DNA from: the human T2T-CHM13v2.0 reference genome, Homo sapiens
Length of the DNA stretch: 64,000 nt
Strand: one strand, 5' to 3'
NCBI RefSeq assembly: GCF_009914755.1
Contig: NC_060930.1
In this document: one piece after another, positions 1 through 13,864 of the stretch
Numbering within the stretch: position 1 is the first letter of the stretch
How the letters are laid out: the number at the start of each line of letters is the position of its first letter
The notes under the pieces: generated by a model
Databases searched by the model: none
The model's input: the letters and a program-made list of their open reading frames with translations, nothing else
Told to the model about the DNA's origin: nothing
Position numbers and translations under genes: made by a program

Positions 1-890
1 TAAGCAAGCACCGTCTGCTTTACTGCTACTCAATATAGACATAAAAAGGACGAAAAAGGCAAAATGTTAGCTGTTCATTTTCTTATTTCAAAAATGTTCA
101 AACTGCTTCCATCAATTCCTCAAGGTGGCTCATATCTATAAAGTACACTACTCCCCAGGAAAATCATTTAGCCCTATTATTCAGTAGATCCTAACATAAT
201 TTATCCTATCAACACTTTGGTTTCATGTTTGATTTTTTGTTCCATGATATCTGTAGAATAGAATTTTATTTTCTATATAAGCTATGCTCCTATTTACAAT
301 TTCCTAGAAAATGATATGGTGTTCGCTCCTTGGGATAAATTCTAAAAATACAAGATAATGGAAGTGGGACAAGAAATCAACTGCCCCTAAGGACTTAACA
401 TATTTTTACCTTGAATATATATATATAAATTTAAGAAGCTGCTGTGAACAGAGATGTAAGAGCCTTTGACAGCCATAGAAGAAAAGCTCATTGTCTCTTC
501 AATGGCAAAACATAAGCAGAGTGGTGACTCATCTCCAATTAAGATGCACACCCCTGGAACAACCCAACTGTGAGGTCAGGTCAGACACACGCCTCCTCCC
601 CAGGTGCACTGATAAAAGCCACCAATGGACTGCTAGTGAAAAAGAAAAAGCCATCAGACTTTTCCATCCTCAAAACGAATGCCCTCTCACTATCAAAATG
701 TGTACTAGCTCATCCAGTGTGTGAAAATTAATGTTCCCCACACATGTATCTTGAGGAGGAGAATCTGGTATTTTTATTATTAAGCCTCTTATGGTAACAT
801 TTCTGAAAAGAATAGAATTGCATCAAATTGTAAAGGGAAGAAGGAGAATGCCACACAGATAACATTATTTCAACATAATAAGCAGTGTAA

Positions 891-1199
<309 letters not shown>

Positions 1200-1334
1200 T
1201 TAAAAATAAAACAATGTGTCACATACATATTACAGGTTTGCAATGAGGATTTAATAGTCAATTAAATTACTGAGCATGTTTAAGATAGATATGTGCTTGT
1301 TTGTCTACATATTAAAAGTATATACAAATACAGC

Positions 1335-1530
1335 ATAGAGAATAAGAGTATTGGGCTCTGTATGTCAAACACCAAAGTTCTAAATACACTTCCACTACTT
1401 ACAAGCTATGTGACCCATGGCAAGACACTTAACGTCTGCTTGCCTTAATCTGCTCATCTGTGAAATGGGGATAACAGATAGCAGATACCACAGGAGGTGC
1501 GGTGAGTACTAAAAGAGTTGCAGTACATAA
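1335..1530 (+). mobile_element. MIR SINE fragment
   Basis: MIR-core-like gctatgtgacccatggcaagacacttaac...ctcatctgtgaaatggggataac. Confidence 0.7.
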
Positions 1531-2408
1531 CAATTGGTTATGATGCTATTTGAAATTAGGGTAAAAAGGATATTTAAGACAACTGATGTCTACAAAAATA
1601 CACCTCAGTTCAAGGAGAAAACACGTTCCAATTCCAACACTAGCTTCAAGTCAACTCTTACTAATAATTCACATGTTCTCATTGGTTTCCATTTCAAAAA
1701 TAGGAACATGCCCTCATGGGCAGAATTTCCTTACAAGATTAAGAGGAAAAAACATCCACACAGCTCACCACTACAATTTGGCAGTACATGAGGTATCAGC
1801 ATGATGGCTGGACCAGTTCCTCTATCGGACCTAGTTCCTCTATCATTCAACATTTTGTAAGCATTTACTATTACTGCACCGCACCAGTGTGACAAAGTAA
1901 AACCACTTAAGTCTCCCTGTCTGTAAAATGAGGGTAATAGCTACCTCAGAGCTCACGTGAGAATAAAATTAACCCAGTGAGATGGAATATGCCTCAACCA
2001 ACCATAGCAGTACTCTACTGTCAACTATTCCTTCACTAGTCCACATCTAACAAACACCAAAATGTTTCTAGATGCTAAAGCTGCTTCTCTACTATTCTTT
2101 CCTTCTCTCTCCAGGGAACAGATATTCTCAATGCTTGATGAGATCCTGATTGCACATACACACTACTTAAGCTTCCATCTGCCTCTCCACCCTCAACGAA
2201 CTCAAAATCTGGAAGGAAAAGCAAAAATGCAACAACACATGAAGCACATGTTGAGAGAGCGATGTACAAAGTGCTATCAGAACACCAGGAATGGAATGAG
2301 TAAATGTGACTAACAGAAATCACAGCTGCGCCAAGAATATGATATCTGAAGGGAATCTTAGAGGAGGAAATGATTTTTTGAGGTAGAGAAAACAGATATT
2401 CAAAATAA

Positions 2409-2466
2409 CTTACTTTTTACTTTGGATGTTTATAGAGCTTACTTTTTACTTCGGATGTTTATAGAG
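2409..2466. repeat. 29-bp tandem duplication
   Basis: cttactttttactt(t/c)ggatgtttatagag x2, one mismatch. Confidence 0.95.
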
Positions 2467-2936
2467 ACTGAGTGAATTTCTGTTCAAAAGATACTGGAGG
2501 ATACAGTAAAATGAAAAAAGGAAGCCATCCAGAATAAACAAGCCATGCGATATGACTGCTGGTTACCCTGTCCGACTCTCAGATGACTGTGAGGACTTGC
2601 CAAGCTAGCACTCAATCTTTATTGACCCATATGTGTCAGTTCCTATGTTAAGATACCAGGGAATCAATGATGAGCACGACAAACATGGTCTCAGGAAATT
2701 TATATGCAACTGGCAGAGAAAGAGAATGAATGGGAAGCCAAAAATAAAGCATTATGTATCTACCAATTTGGACATAATTAGGTACCTGGCCCAACTGGCT
2801 CAAAGAAAAGTGACCAGTAGCCTACAAGATAGCCTGATACAAGAGCTCTGCACAACAACAATCTTTTGCTCTGGGGATGAGGAATAGCAGATAGAATCAC
2901 GACTTCCCTCAGGGAGATTAAATACAAGACAGACAG

Positions 2937-2937
<1 letters not shown>

Positions 2938-2990
<53 letters not shown>
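2938..2990. repeat. (CA)n microsatellite, about 26 units
   Basis: Uninterrupted CA run. Confidence 0.98.
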
Positions 2991-2995
<5 letters not shown>

Positions 2996-3412
2996 GTCAT
3001 AAAGTGGTATAAACAGTAGGAAAGACAGCGAGAAGGCAATTAGCAGAAGCCAAAGGTATCACGAGGCCAACCTATATTTGCCAAAGTTATTTTCCACTGG
3101 TCCCACTCATCCCATGAGTTATATACACCACTCATTCCCAAAAAGAGCAGCAGAGTGAGACAAGAAAAATTCTCCTTGTTGCATATGATTACTAAGCACC
3201 AAAACACCTATTTGTATAACAGACACCCTGAGGAGTCCTGCAATGCAAAAACCCTGTTTCCCATTATTCCTTTCACTTGGGAAACCTGATGTTTCCCAAA
3301 ACTATTTAGCAAAAGAGCCCACTATTTTTTAATACAACATTTACTAATGTATTCTACAACAGAATTTTTGTTTTAAAGACCACACCTCACTAAATGAGGT
3401 AGGAAAGAATTA

Positions 3413-3630
3413 CAGGTTGAGCATCCCAAATCCAAAAACCCAAAATATGAAATGCTCCAAAATCCAAAAGTTTTTTAACGCCAACATTATGCTCAAAGAA
3501 AATGCTCATTGGAGCATTTCGGATTTCCAATTTCTTGATTTGGAGTGCTCAAGTATTACAAAATCTGAAAAAACTTGAAATACAAAATATTTCTGGTCCC
3601 AAGCATTTCAGATAAAAGATACTCAACCTG
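3413..3630. mobile_element. Tigger4/MER46-type non-autonomous DNA transposon
   Basis: TIRs caggttgagcatc...gatactcaacctg, TA on both sides. Confidence 0.85.
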
Positions 3631-3739
3631 TACCACCATCTGACTCTAACGCAGATGTAGACACTGGTATTCACATCTGTTTGATTCAAAAATGCCAAAA
3701 GATAATCCAGTTTAAACTGGTCCAAGATTAGATATGCCC

Positions 3740-4310
3740 AGCTGCCTGGGAGAAGCAAGAAATTCTCATAGACAAAAATCTCAAAAAACATACATTAAAA
3801 ATCACAAAACGACAAGGAAACCAGACACCATTATTGAGAGACACAGTATCAGAATCAGATCTTCAGAGACTGCACATAGTAGAATTATCAAGAACAAAAC
3901 ACAAAATATATGTTTTATGTGTTTATAAGAAATATTTTAAAATATGACTAAGGAAAAAGTGAATATGAAAAAGCAGGTTTTGAAAATAATCAAATAAAAC
4001 ACCTAGAAATGAAAACTATAGTAACTAAATTATAATCCAAATGGACAGGATATGACAAAGCTGAAGAGAAAACCAGTGAACTGGAAGATAGATCTGAAAA
4101 AAACTATCCAGAATGTGGCTGAGAAAGACAAAGGGAAGGACAATATGAAAGAACTTCACAGACATGGAGAACAGAATGAGGGGTCTACAAATATCTCATC
4201 AGAGTCCTAGATGGAGATGAGAGAGAATAAGGGAAAGGCAATATTAAAAGAAACAACGCTATAAAACTTCAAATTAAGAAAGCTCAATGAATCCCTAGCA
4301 AAATTAATAA
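3740..4310 (+). mobile_element. Ancient L1 (L1M/HAL1-like) ORF1-region remnant
   Basis: Degenerate A-rich ORF1-like sequence (gctgaagagaaaaccagtgaactggaagatagatctgaa). Confidence 0.6.
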
Positions 4311-7300
4311 AATTTATTAATCTACAATGATTTTATTCTACTAATTTATTATTTATACTCAACATATAAAAGGTTCTAACACGCATTATTTTTTTAAATA
4401 GCTATAATAAAGTCATCAAGACAAGAGGGAATGAAACATAAGCTAGGGAATAAAAAGAAGGACTGAGAAGGAAAATTGTAACAAAAAAACACAGAAAAGT
4501 CACTCCTAAGAAACCTAAAACAGATGTGCTTTGGAGGCTTATTCAAAAAGGCAAACAAAATAAGTAGTACATTTCTTCTTATATTCTAAAAAGCATCAGA
4601 TTATCAGGTGACACATATTAAATGCTACATATGAATGTTCCAAGTTATAACATTTATAGCACTAATGTTCAATCAAACTCGATTGGGTCGGCTCAGACAG
4701 CAACACCATCTAGTGGCTCACAACTTTGTCTTCACACTGTTCACAACACATTCCATAAATAATAATTCTCTTTGGGGTGGGGGTGAAGAACCAAGGCACA
4801 ATGCATAATGGTAGCACATAAAAATGTACAGGGGCATGTAAGTTGAAATTGTTCCTCAAAATAGTTCTTCCTTTCCCCCGAGATTCTGGTATGTTCCATC
4901 TTTCTTGAGAATCACCAATTCTTAACAATACGGAAGAAAAGTACTGCAGTATAATCACAGTGTCCTGGGCTTGACCCCCAGCCCTACTCTTAACAGCTCT
5001 GTAACCACAGTAAGTTACGTAACTTCTCTATGCCTCAGTTCCGCTCTTTAAAAGTACCCACCTTATAATGGTGATGAGATAATTAAATGAAGTATGTTTA
5101 AAGTGATCAATAAAATGTTTGGCTTATTACATGGATTCATTAAAGCCAGCTGAAATTACAAGACCTTTTTGAGCTGCTCTAAAATAATAATTGATTTTAA
5201 ATATGATTTTAAAGTTTTCCATTATCTAATCAAACTTTCTTATTTCACAAATAAGAAAAATAAGGTTATAGAAAGTTTATCTAATTTTTCAGTCTGATTT
5301 CTGAATTTCTTTTAAAATAATTAAATTATTATGTATGCTCTTAATATACACTAATATTCCACACTTCTATCCAGGAAAGTAATTTTCTTCCATTAACATT
5401 GCTTTTAAAAAAAAAAAAAATCAACAACTTGAATTCTACTGTATAAAAAGGACTACAAATATACATTTGTTAACCAAGCAAAATATACACATAATTTTGC
5501 TTCATAACTTTCACCTAAGATACCAGTACACGTAGTTGCTTCATTAGTTGTCACAGCAATTTTGGGGTATTGCCCCAGATAAAGAGAACCACTTACTGAC
5601 TTATCAAGACATATTCTAATTTTTTTCCTCTGATTTATTTACAAGTGTCAAAACTACCTCTACTTGTATACAAATCTCCAAAATATCCTTCCCTATGAAG
5701 CCTGTTCCAATCTCTCAATATTGCATCATTCTCCTTCAAGAGCATTATTTCACATCTATGGCACTTATTCTTCTATTCTACTCCTTTTGATACTTATTAC
5801 TTTCAGATACTGAGTTCTTTAAGAAAGAGGACATCTTACTTCAATGCCTCCTACTGAGTAATTAGCTGACTAGTAGGCCAAAAGATAGCTGCTGATGGAA
5901 CGGCTCAATGCCATAAGGCCGGTCAAAAAGTTGGCAGAGTTGAGTCTAGAATTCAGGCCTGCTGGTTTCTTACACAATCTTCCTTACCTAGCTGATGGAC
6001 TACCAACCCATAATGTTCAAGGACCTAAACCAAACACACACTGCCAACTAGTTTCTGGGAGAAGACCAGCACAGACCAACACTTCATTTTCACAATTCTA
6101 CATTATGCTTATACTCTTCCTTAGTAAACTAGGGCATTTCCAAATACATTTTGGGAACTAGAGGGAAAAAGCCAATCTGCCCCTTCCTCTTAAGAGTAGG
6201 CCATACCTCATCTTTATGCAGAAAGGACAGGGGGTTTCCTAGTCTTGCACATTCCTCCACTAAGACATCACTTTCGCTGTCATTTCTTCTTGCTATCTGA
6301 AGCATGCCTTTGCTTTGTTTCTGTTCTTACAGTAGAATCTTCATAAAGTACAATCCGAGTCAATCTCTATTCTAATAATATGATATCAAGTTTATTAAAC
6401 AATAAAAACCATGCAACTGTTAATAAAACTTGCCAAATACACTTCAAAAAGAAATATTTTGAATATAACTTTCTATATTAAATATCAACAAGCTTAGCTA
6501 TCTATTTTTCGTCTGTCTGCCTCTCCCTAACCCTACTTATACCACTCACTAGCAATATAAAGTTAACGGGTTGAAAACTTTAAAACAATAAACAAAAAAA
6601 GCCCTTTGGTCTACTTTCCAGGTATCAGAGTTTTAGTTTTTTTAAAAACCTATATACTATATTATAGATACCCACAAAAGAGAGACAAAACAAGACAATT
6701 TGGATGGGCTCAAAATACATTATTCAAAAATTAGAATGCTAGCTTTTGGGAACTTTCATTTAAAAAGAAAAAGAGTAAATGAAATCTACTGCAGATGCAG
6801 CCCAAGGAAGGCAGGCTGGAATCTGAGAGGCTGAGCAAAGTCCCCCATGCCTGTGCTGTTATTTGTGGCATTCAACACTGAGGCCAAAACATGACATTTC
6901 TGGAGGCCTCTCAACTTGGAGGAATTTGTGCAACTGCTTACCCGGCAGATTGTAGTGAATGCCACACACCACTGGCGTTTTATAAACACCATCACTGTCT
7001 CCGTGTAGGGCCCTCCACACTGCAGTTATTGTGTGCTGAGGAGACGATGATGGGAAGCGCACAATGCAATCTATACATTACAGCCCTGAAGCTATGTATT
7101 TTGCACTAGCTCCAAACAACACTATGCAAATATAAAAGGCCAAGGAAAGAAAGGTATGCACAGAGCAAACACAACAACTGATACATTGTTGGGGGAGGAG
7201 GATGGGAATCCAATAAAACCATACGGAAGAAGAGAGAGTGTCTCAAATCCAAGGCTGTGATTTATCAGATAATTATTTTCTTACCAATCTAAGGGAGCTG

Positions 7301-7574
7301 TCAACACATCTCTTTCCCAAAGTTCATTCAAACCCCAGGAAAAAGAAACCCTGGTCAATTTTGTGTGTGTGTTAAAAACATAATTCCAGTAGTAAATGAG
7401 ACATTGATATAGTAAAGGAAGATTCTTAAGAAAAGCTTCCCTGATCATTAGTAAGAATTAAGTTTGAAAACGTTTTTTCCAAATACTCAAAAAAGATACA
7501 TATTATATATAATATACAAACATATGCATGTAGATACATAAATATAGAAGACATATACATAAATACATATTTCG

Positions 7575-7873
7575 CTTTTCTAAGAGATGGGGTCTTGCTC
7601 TGTTGCTGAGCCTGGAGTGAAGTGGCACAATCCTGGCTCACTGCAGCCTCAAACTTCTAGGCTCAAACGATCTTCCTGCCTCAGCCTCCTGAGTATCTGA
7701 GACTACAGGTGCATGCCACCATGCCTGGCTAATTTTTAAAATGTTTTGGTAGAGGCAGATGGGGTTTCATCATCTTACCCAGGCTGGTCTCTAAAACCTC
7801 TGGGCTCAAGCAATTCTCCCACCTTGGCCTCCCAAAGTGCTGGCATTACAGGTGTGAGCCACAGCACCCGTCC
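7575..7873 (-). mobile_element. Alu (AluJ-like)
   Basis: Reverse-complement Alu, degenerate tail. Confidence 0.9.
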
Positions 7874-10064
7874 CTTTCTTTTTGTTTTCTTTTTTTTTTT
7901 TTTTTGTAACTGAAAAATTTTTTTCAAACTTAATTTTCATTAATCAGGAAAACTTTGTATATACGTATACAAGTAAACAGTTAAGATAGATAAGAGATTT
8001 ATGTAAACATGTTGGATTCTTACAACATATTTTTCTTGTATACTATTCCTTAGAGAATAAACCAAAAAAAGGAAGGGAGGGAGAAAGGAAAACTTCTCAC
8101 AGTTCATTAAGGATTGCCACATCTTTTCCATTCCACAGGATTCAAAGGATTATGACAGAATATTGGGGGAATTTTGCAGTGTTGTTGACAGGAATGACAC
8201 AAAATACCATTCAATGTAGTTTCAGTTGCTAAAAATTAAAATTAAAAAGCTGCTGCTTAGAAAAACACACACTAGACTAGAACAGACTGCAAAGATACCC
8301 TCCAGTAACTGTAACCTGCAATCATTTAAAAGGAAATCCTAGTAAAGCTATAAGCACACAGGTTCACCTTTAATAAAATCACATAGATACTTTGACTCCT
8401 TACTTGCCCTTCTTACATGTTATATAAGTAAGGCCCTTATTTCATGAGCACGATGCTTCCAAGCCCATCAAGTCTAAGAGCAGTATTCAATGGAATGTTC
8501 TTCCACCCCAGTCTGCTGGGTTTTGAAATATTTCAGAATTCTTAACTGAGCATATAATTAATCTCATAAGCAACTCGGTAAGCTTAAACAAGATGCAAAA
8601 ATATATTTCATTTTTATGCTATGTGGAAAATGGCACCAAAAAAATCTGAAATCCTGCTACCAACATTATTAACACAAAAAAACCCACTGTCAATAACAGT
8701 TGAAGTCTATGATATGGCCCCTTTTTTTAAAAAGAAAATAAATGCTAATTTTTAGTTTTAAACAATATCAACCTTTTAATATCTCATTCATAACTACACA
8801 CGAATTTATTTCTTAGGCAGTTGTAGTTTTTATCTCCTGCAGCCCAGAAATTTTCAATAGTTTTCAAGACACAAGAATCAGCTAGTAGACTAGGGTGTGC
8901 CCACTTGGAGGACTTCTATCTCCAAACAGGTATGCAGAAGGCTATTCCAGGAACCAATTCCCACTCCTCACATTTACATTCTAGCTCCACAACAAACCCA
9001 AAGCCAACCTCTGGAATGAAGATGCAGAAAACCTCAAAAAAGCCCCCAGAGCAATGGATCTTAAAGCTTGCTAAGAAAACCATATTTGATGACATGTAAA
9101 TACCCACAAATTTTATACAAAAAAAGTTTTTTTGCTTAAACAAGACAATAAACACCTCTGTCAGTTCTAGTATGTCAGTTGCTCAGCCATTCATAAAATA
9201 CAGCCCTGCAGGCATTCCATAAATGCCTTCCTTTGGTAATAAAAGTTTAATGGAATAGTATTCTAGCTTATGAGGAAGAATTATCTAAATCTTCATTTGC
9301 TCTAAGTAAACAGCTGCTAAATAGCCTGCTAAATTTGCAACTTCTTATCTGCAAAAAACAAATATTTCTACTCTTAGAGTTTATTTCAGTGGGAAATAAG
9401 TTCACCTTTGACATTCTACATTTTTGTAACACAACTGGTTATAGCCAATGTCTCTCTTCTGACCCTCCAACAGAAGGGTAAGTCCTTGGACACTAGGGAT
9501 TGGTTTATTCAAAATTACAAGATAAAATATACTATTTTTAAATCTTGTGGGGTTTTTCTTACTTGTAAAAGTACTAAATAGGGTTTAATTTTTCAGTCTA
9601 ACCAAGTTATTTAAATTACAAAGACATTGCAAATATATAAGTGGCATACGTTTACATTAAGGCCCTTCTAAGCCAAATAGTTAGTGATAAAATACAAGAA
9701 TACTAGAAATTTATCCAAGGCATACGACTTAAGTATTTTCATCAGAAATTTAAGAAAGCTGGTAAAATCCTGAGAAAAATATATAATCAGGATTTTAAAA
9801 TATAATAACAATTAGAGTTAATATTTATCAAGCCCTTACTATGTCCTAGGCATTGCTCAAAACAAATCATAACCAAATTCAGCTATCGATTAGTTAGCAA
9901 ACAGCTGTGAAGTAAAGGAACCCAAACATGCACTTAGTAAGACCTCCTACAGTCTTAACGTGAGGCCTCTCAAAGCAGTTCTTAACTCTGGCTGCACAAA
10001 TGCTCCAGCCGGCATCAGACCCGCTGAATTAGAATCTACAAAAGAAGAACCTGGGCATCTGTAA

Positions 10065-10375
10065 CTTTTTATTTAGACCAGTTTTAGGTTCGCAGCAAAA
10101 TTGCGCATAAGGTACAGAAGTTTTCCATATATTCCCTGCTTTCACACATGCATAACCTCCCCCATTGGGATAATTACCAACATCCCACACAGTGGGTACA
10201 TTTGTTACAACTGGTGAACCTCCACTGACATGTCGTTATCACCCAAAGTCCACAGTTTATGTCAGGGTTCACTCTTGGTGTCCTGCATTCTATGTGTTTG
10301 GACAAATGTACAATGACACGTATCCACGATGTATTATAGCATCATACAGAGTAACTTCATTGCCCTAAAAACCCT
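10065..10375 (-). mobile_element. L1MC-type 3' end fragment next to a MER5A-like remnant
   Basis: ttttaggttcgcagcaaaattg...cagggttcactcttggtg resembles L1MC 3' UTRs. Confidence 0.65.
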
Positions 10376-10635
10376 AAAATTTTTTTAAAAGCTTAACCAA
10401 CAAATTTTTAAAAGCTTAACCATGAGGCAGTCAGCAAAGAGGATCCCTGTCCCAGCATTCAACTATCTGCCTGCATACTCCAAATCCATCAATTTTCAGT
10501 TTTCAATCTGGCCAGGCTACATCCCATGGTGTATATGTGCTCCTTTTGTCCCTTTCAAAGACCCAGATAGAAAAGCCAGGATAATAAATCAAATGCTCAA
10601 TTATTCACTTAAAATGCTTTAAAAAAAAAATGATT

Positions 10636-10931
10636 GGCTGGGCGCGGTGGCTCATGCCTGTAATCCCAGCACTTTGGGAGGCCGAAGCAGGTGGACCGTG
10701 ACGTCAGGAGTTCAAGACCAGCCTGGCCAAGATGGTGAAACCATGTCTCTACAGAAACTACAAAAAATTGCCAGTTGCAGTGGCAGGTGGCTGTAATCCC
10801 AGCTACTCGGGAGGCTGAGGCAGAATTGCTTGAACCAGGACAGCAAAAGTTGCAGTGAGCCAAGATCGTGCCACTGCCCTCCGGCCTGGGTGACAGAGTG
10901 AGACTCCATCTCAAAAAGAAAAAAAAAAAAA
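10636..10931 (+). mobile_element. Alu (AluS)
   Basis: Full-length Alu with polyA tail. Confidence 0.92.
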
Positions 10932-12311
10932 GATTAACACAGCCTGCTAAAATAAGATTTATCTGACAATCTTCAATGACAACTATATTTGAGTCTACCT
11001 TTGTGAAAGAAATCATCAGGTGGAAAAACACAAGACGACTGGAGATCCTACATCTTATCACAAGCCAGACCCATTGAAACTGTTCTTACCTCTATTAGCC
11101 AGGAGTGCTTATTCTTTTAAAAACTAACCAAAGTAGAAGACAAGTTACAATGCAGAATAATCTTATATCACTTAAACGCTTACTTTATTATGGTTGTAAA
11201 GCAGAGGGAGATAGGACGTGACACAAAAGGAGAGGTCTCGATGAGTTTCCTAACAACAGTAGTTGCCATATACTTCACCACCTGAATTTCTGATTCTTGA
11301 ATTTGATGACAAGCAACTTCTAGGCAATCTAGGGAAAAATCCACTTCATTTTGAGATATCTCAGTTTTTAAACATTGATCTACTTGGGGCAACAGTGTTT
11401 CTATTCAATTTGACATTTTTTCCAAGTAAAAGTTTTTCATTCCTGGTGGATGACTAACAAAGTAAAATAAAAGACAAAGTGACAACAAGGTCTTTGTTCA
11501 CCACTGGAGTGTGGAGGGAGGGGGACCTGGCTGGGTGAATCTTTAAGGTCTTGCTTGATTTAAAACACACATACACAAAAAATGCTACAACTATGTAAGG
11601 AGGAAACTCTGAGGCATCAGAAAGAACCTAGAATTCAGAAGCAGGAAAGTTAAGCAGCTTTGGGTGAACATGGCCCTGAACCGTGCCTTTCAAAAAGGCT
11701 GTACTACTGGTAGTGTGCCCACCTGATCCAAAGATGCCAAAAATCCAGCCCTCTAGCCTCCTCCCACCCCAAAATGCCTTTATTTTTTTACTTCTCTTGG
11801 CTTCAATAGTGAAATTCTACCACTAGAATTCGACCACTAGATTCTTTAGAGTAAACAGGTATCTTCTTTTAAAATACAGAGATCTCTTAGAAGGCAGTAC
11901 AGGTAATTCACACACTAAAGTCATTCACTCAAACTGCTGATCCTCTGTTACTTAGCTGCTTATCTGCTAGATTTGAAAAAGTAGGGATTTTGTTTCCAGA
12001 GGAAGAAAAAGTAGGCAGGAAGCTTAGAACATTTTTTGTATTATAATACTATAAAGGAACACCTGGATATCATCATGGAACTAGTAACAAGAAAGTCTAA
12101 CGGCGAAAAGCACCAAGAAATAGAAAAGTAAATCAGTGTGAAACCCAACCATGAACACAGGAATGAAATCTTTCCCCTTTACTGCACAGGCTCCAACCAG
12201 GGGCAGAGGAGACTAAAAATCCCTCATGATATCACCAATGCTTGGTCCAGAAATGTTTAATGAATAAAGCCACAAAACTATATATAATAAACAGTGACCC
12301 AAACCAAGTGA

Positions 12312-12648
<337 letters not shown>

Positions 12649-13560
12649 CCAAATAACATATTTTAAGGAGAAAAGCATTTCTATCCTCTTTCATCTCCTA
12701 GGACCCACCCCCCAATTAAACACACATGCAAAATAAAACGGATTATCTAGACACCAGCAGGGAATACTAAAGCAACAAAATGAAAACTAATGAAAAGCAT
12801 CTGCAAGAAAACAATGAACTATGTCAAAACAGATGCTACTAAAGCTACCACAATCAAAAGTCTTTTTAGAAGATATCCAGAGAGCCTAATGGTAACTTTG
12901 ACATGTGCTATATTCAGGGGAAGAGTCCACTTTATTTTAGTATGTGACAAAACATGCTCATCGTTCAACTTTTATTAAGTAGAAAATAGACTTCCAATTA
13001 AAGATGGTAGAATGAACATGCACACTTAGCTCTGTTCCCTACAAAATCTGTTCTAAGACAATGCAGAGTGTACATGTTACTGTGTACATATGCACACGTG
13101 ATTCTTCCCCCAATGCAAGGAACCTGGGAAAAGCAAAATTAGGATAAGCAGACTGAAAAAGGATAGGAGGTAGGATCAGTGCATTTGTATTTTATGCTTT
13201 CTTTCCCATGGGTGGGAATCCACTTCTCCATAGATTTAGCAGAAGCAAAGAGCTTAATTTATTTAAACCCCAATAAATACACTGGCTTTGCAAGATGAAG
13301 ATTCCTAGTTAATGCCAAGCCAAAGAAAGCCTGGATCAAAAATGGCAACACTAGCCCTGTAAAGCCAGGAAAGTGGTTTGCCCTGAACAAATGTTTCTGG
13401 TACATTTTTTTTATGTCATCCTTGATACGCAAGGATATATTAAAACCTTTTCTTTCTTGTAACCCCCAATTTTTGCTTGGATGCTACTATTTAAGCAGTT
13501 TTAAAATGAAAAATGTAATAGGTTAGGTTAGGGTATAGCTGAGTTTTTCCTAAATATATC

Positions 13561-13864
13561 TTTTTTTTTTTTCTTTTGGGAGATGGAGTCTCACTCTGTC
13601 GCCCAGGCTGCACTGCAGTGGCATGATCCTGGTTCACTGTAGACTCTACCTCCTGGGTTCAAGCAATTCTCGTGCCTCAGCCTCCCAAGTAGCTGAGACT
13701 ACAGGTGCCCCCTCACCATGCTCAGTTAATTTTTGTATTTTTAGTAGAGATGGGGTTTCATCACATTGGCCAGGTTAGTCTCAAATTCCTGACCTCAAGT
13801 GTGATCTGCCCGCCTCGGCCTCCCAAAGTCCTGGGATTACAAGCATAAGCCAGCGTGCTCAGCC
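13561..13864 (-). mobile_element. Alu (AluS)
   Basis: Full-length, TSD ctaaatatatc. Confidence 0.93.

Noticed and set aside
1-890. Search for the next EPB41L2 FERM exon
   Set aside because: No FERM-like reading frame seen; the exon presumably lies left of the window.
6864-6966. 11-bp inverted repeat tgtggcattca / tgaatgccaca
   Set aside because: Short stem with about 80-nt spacer and no other support.
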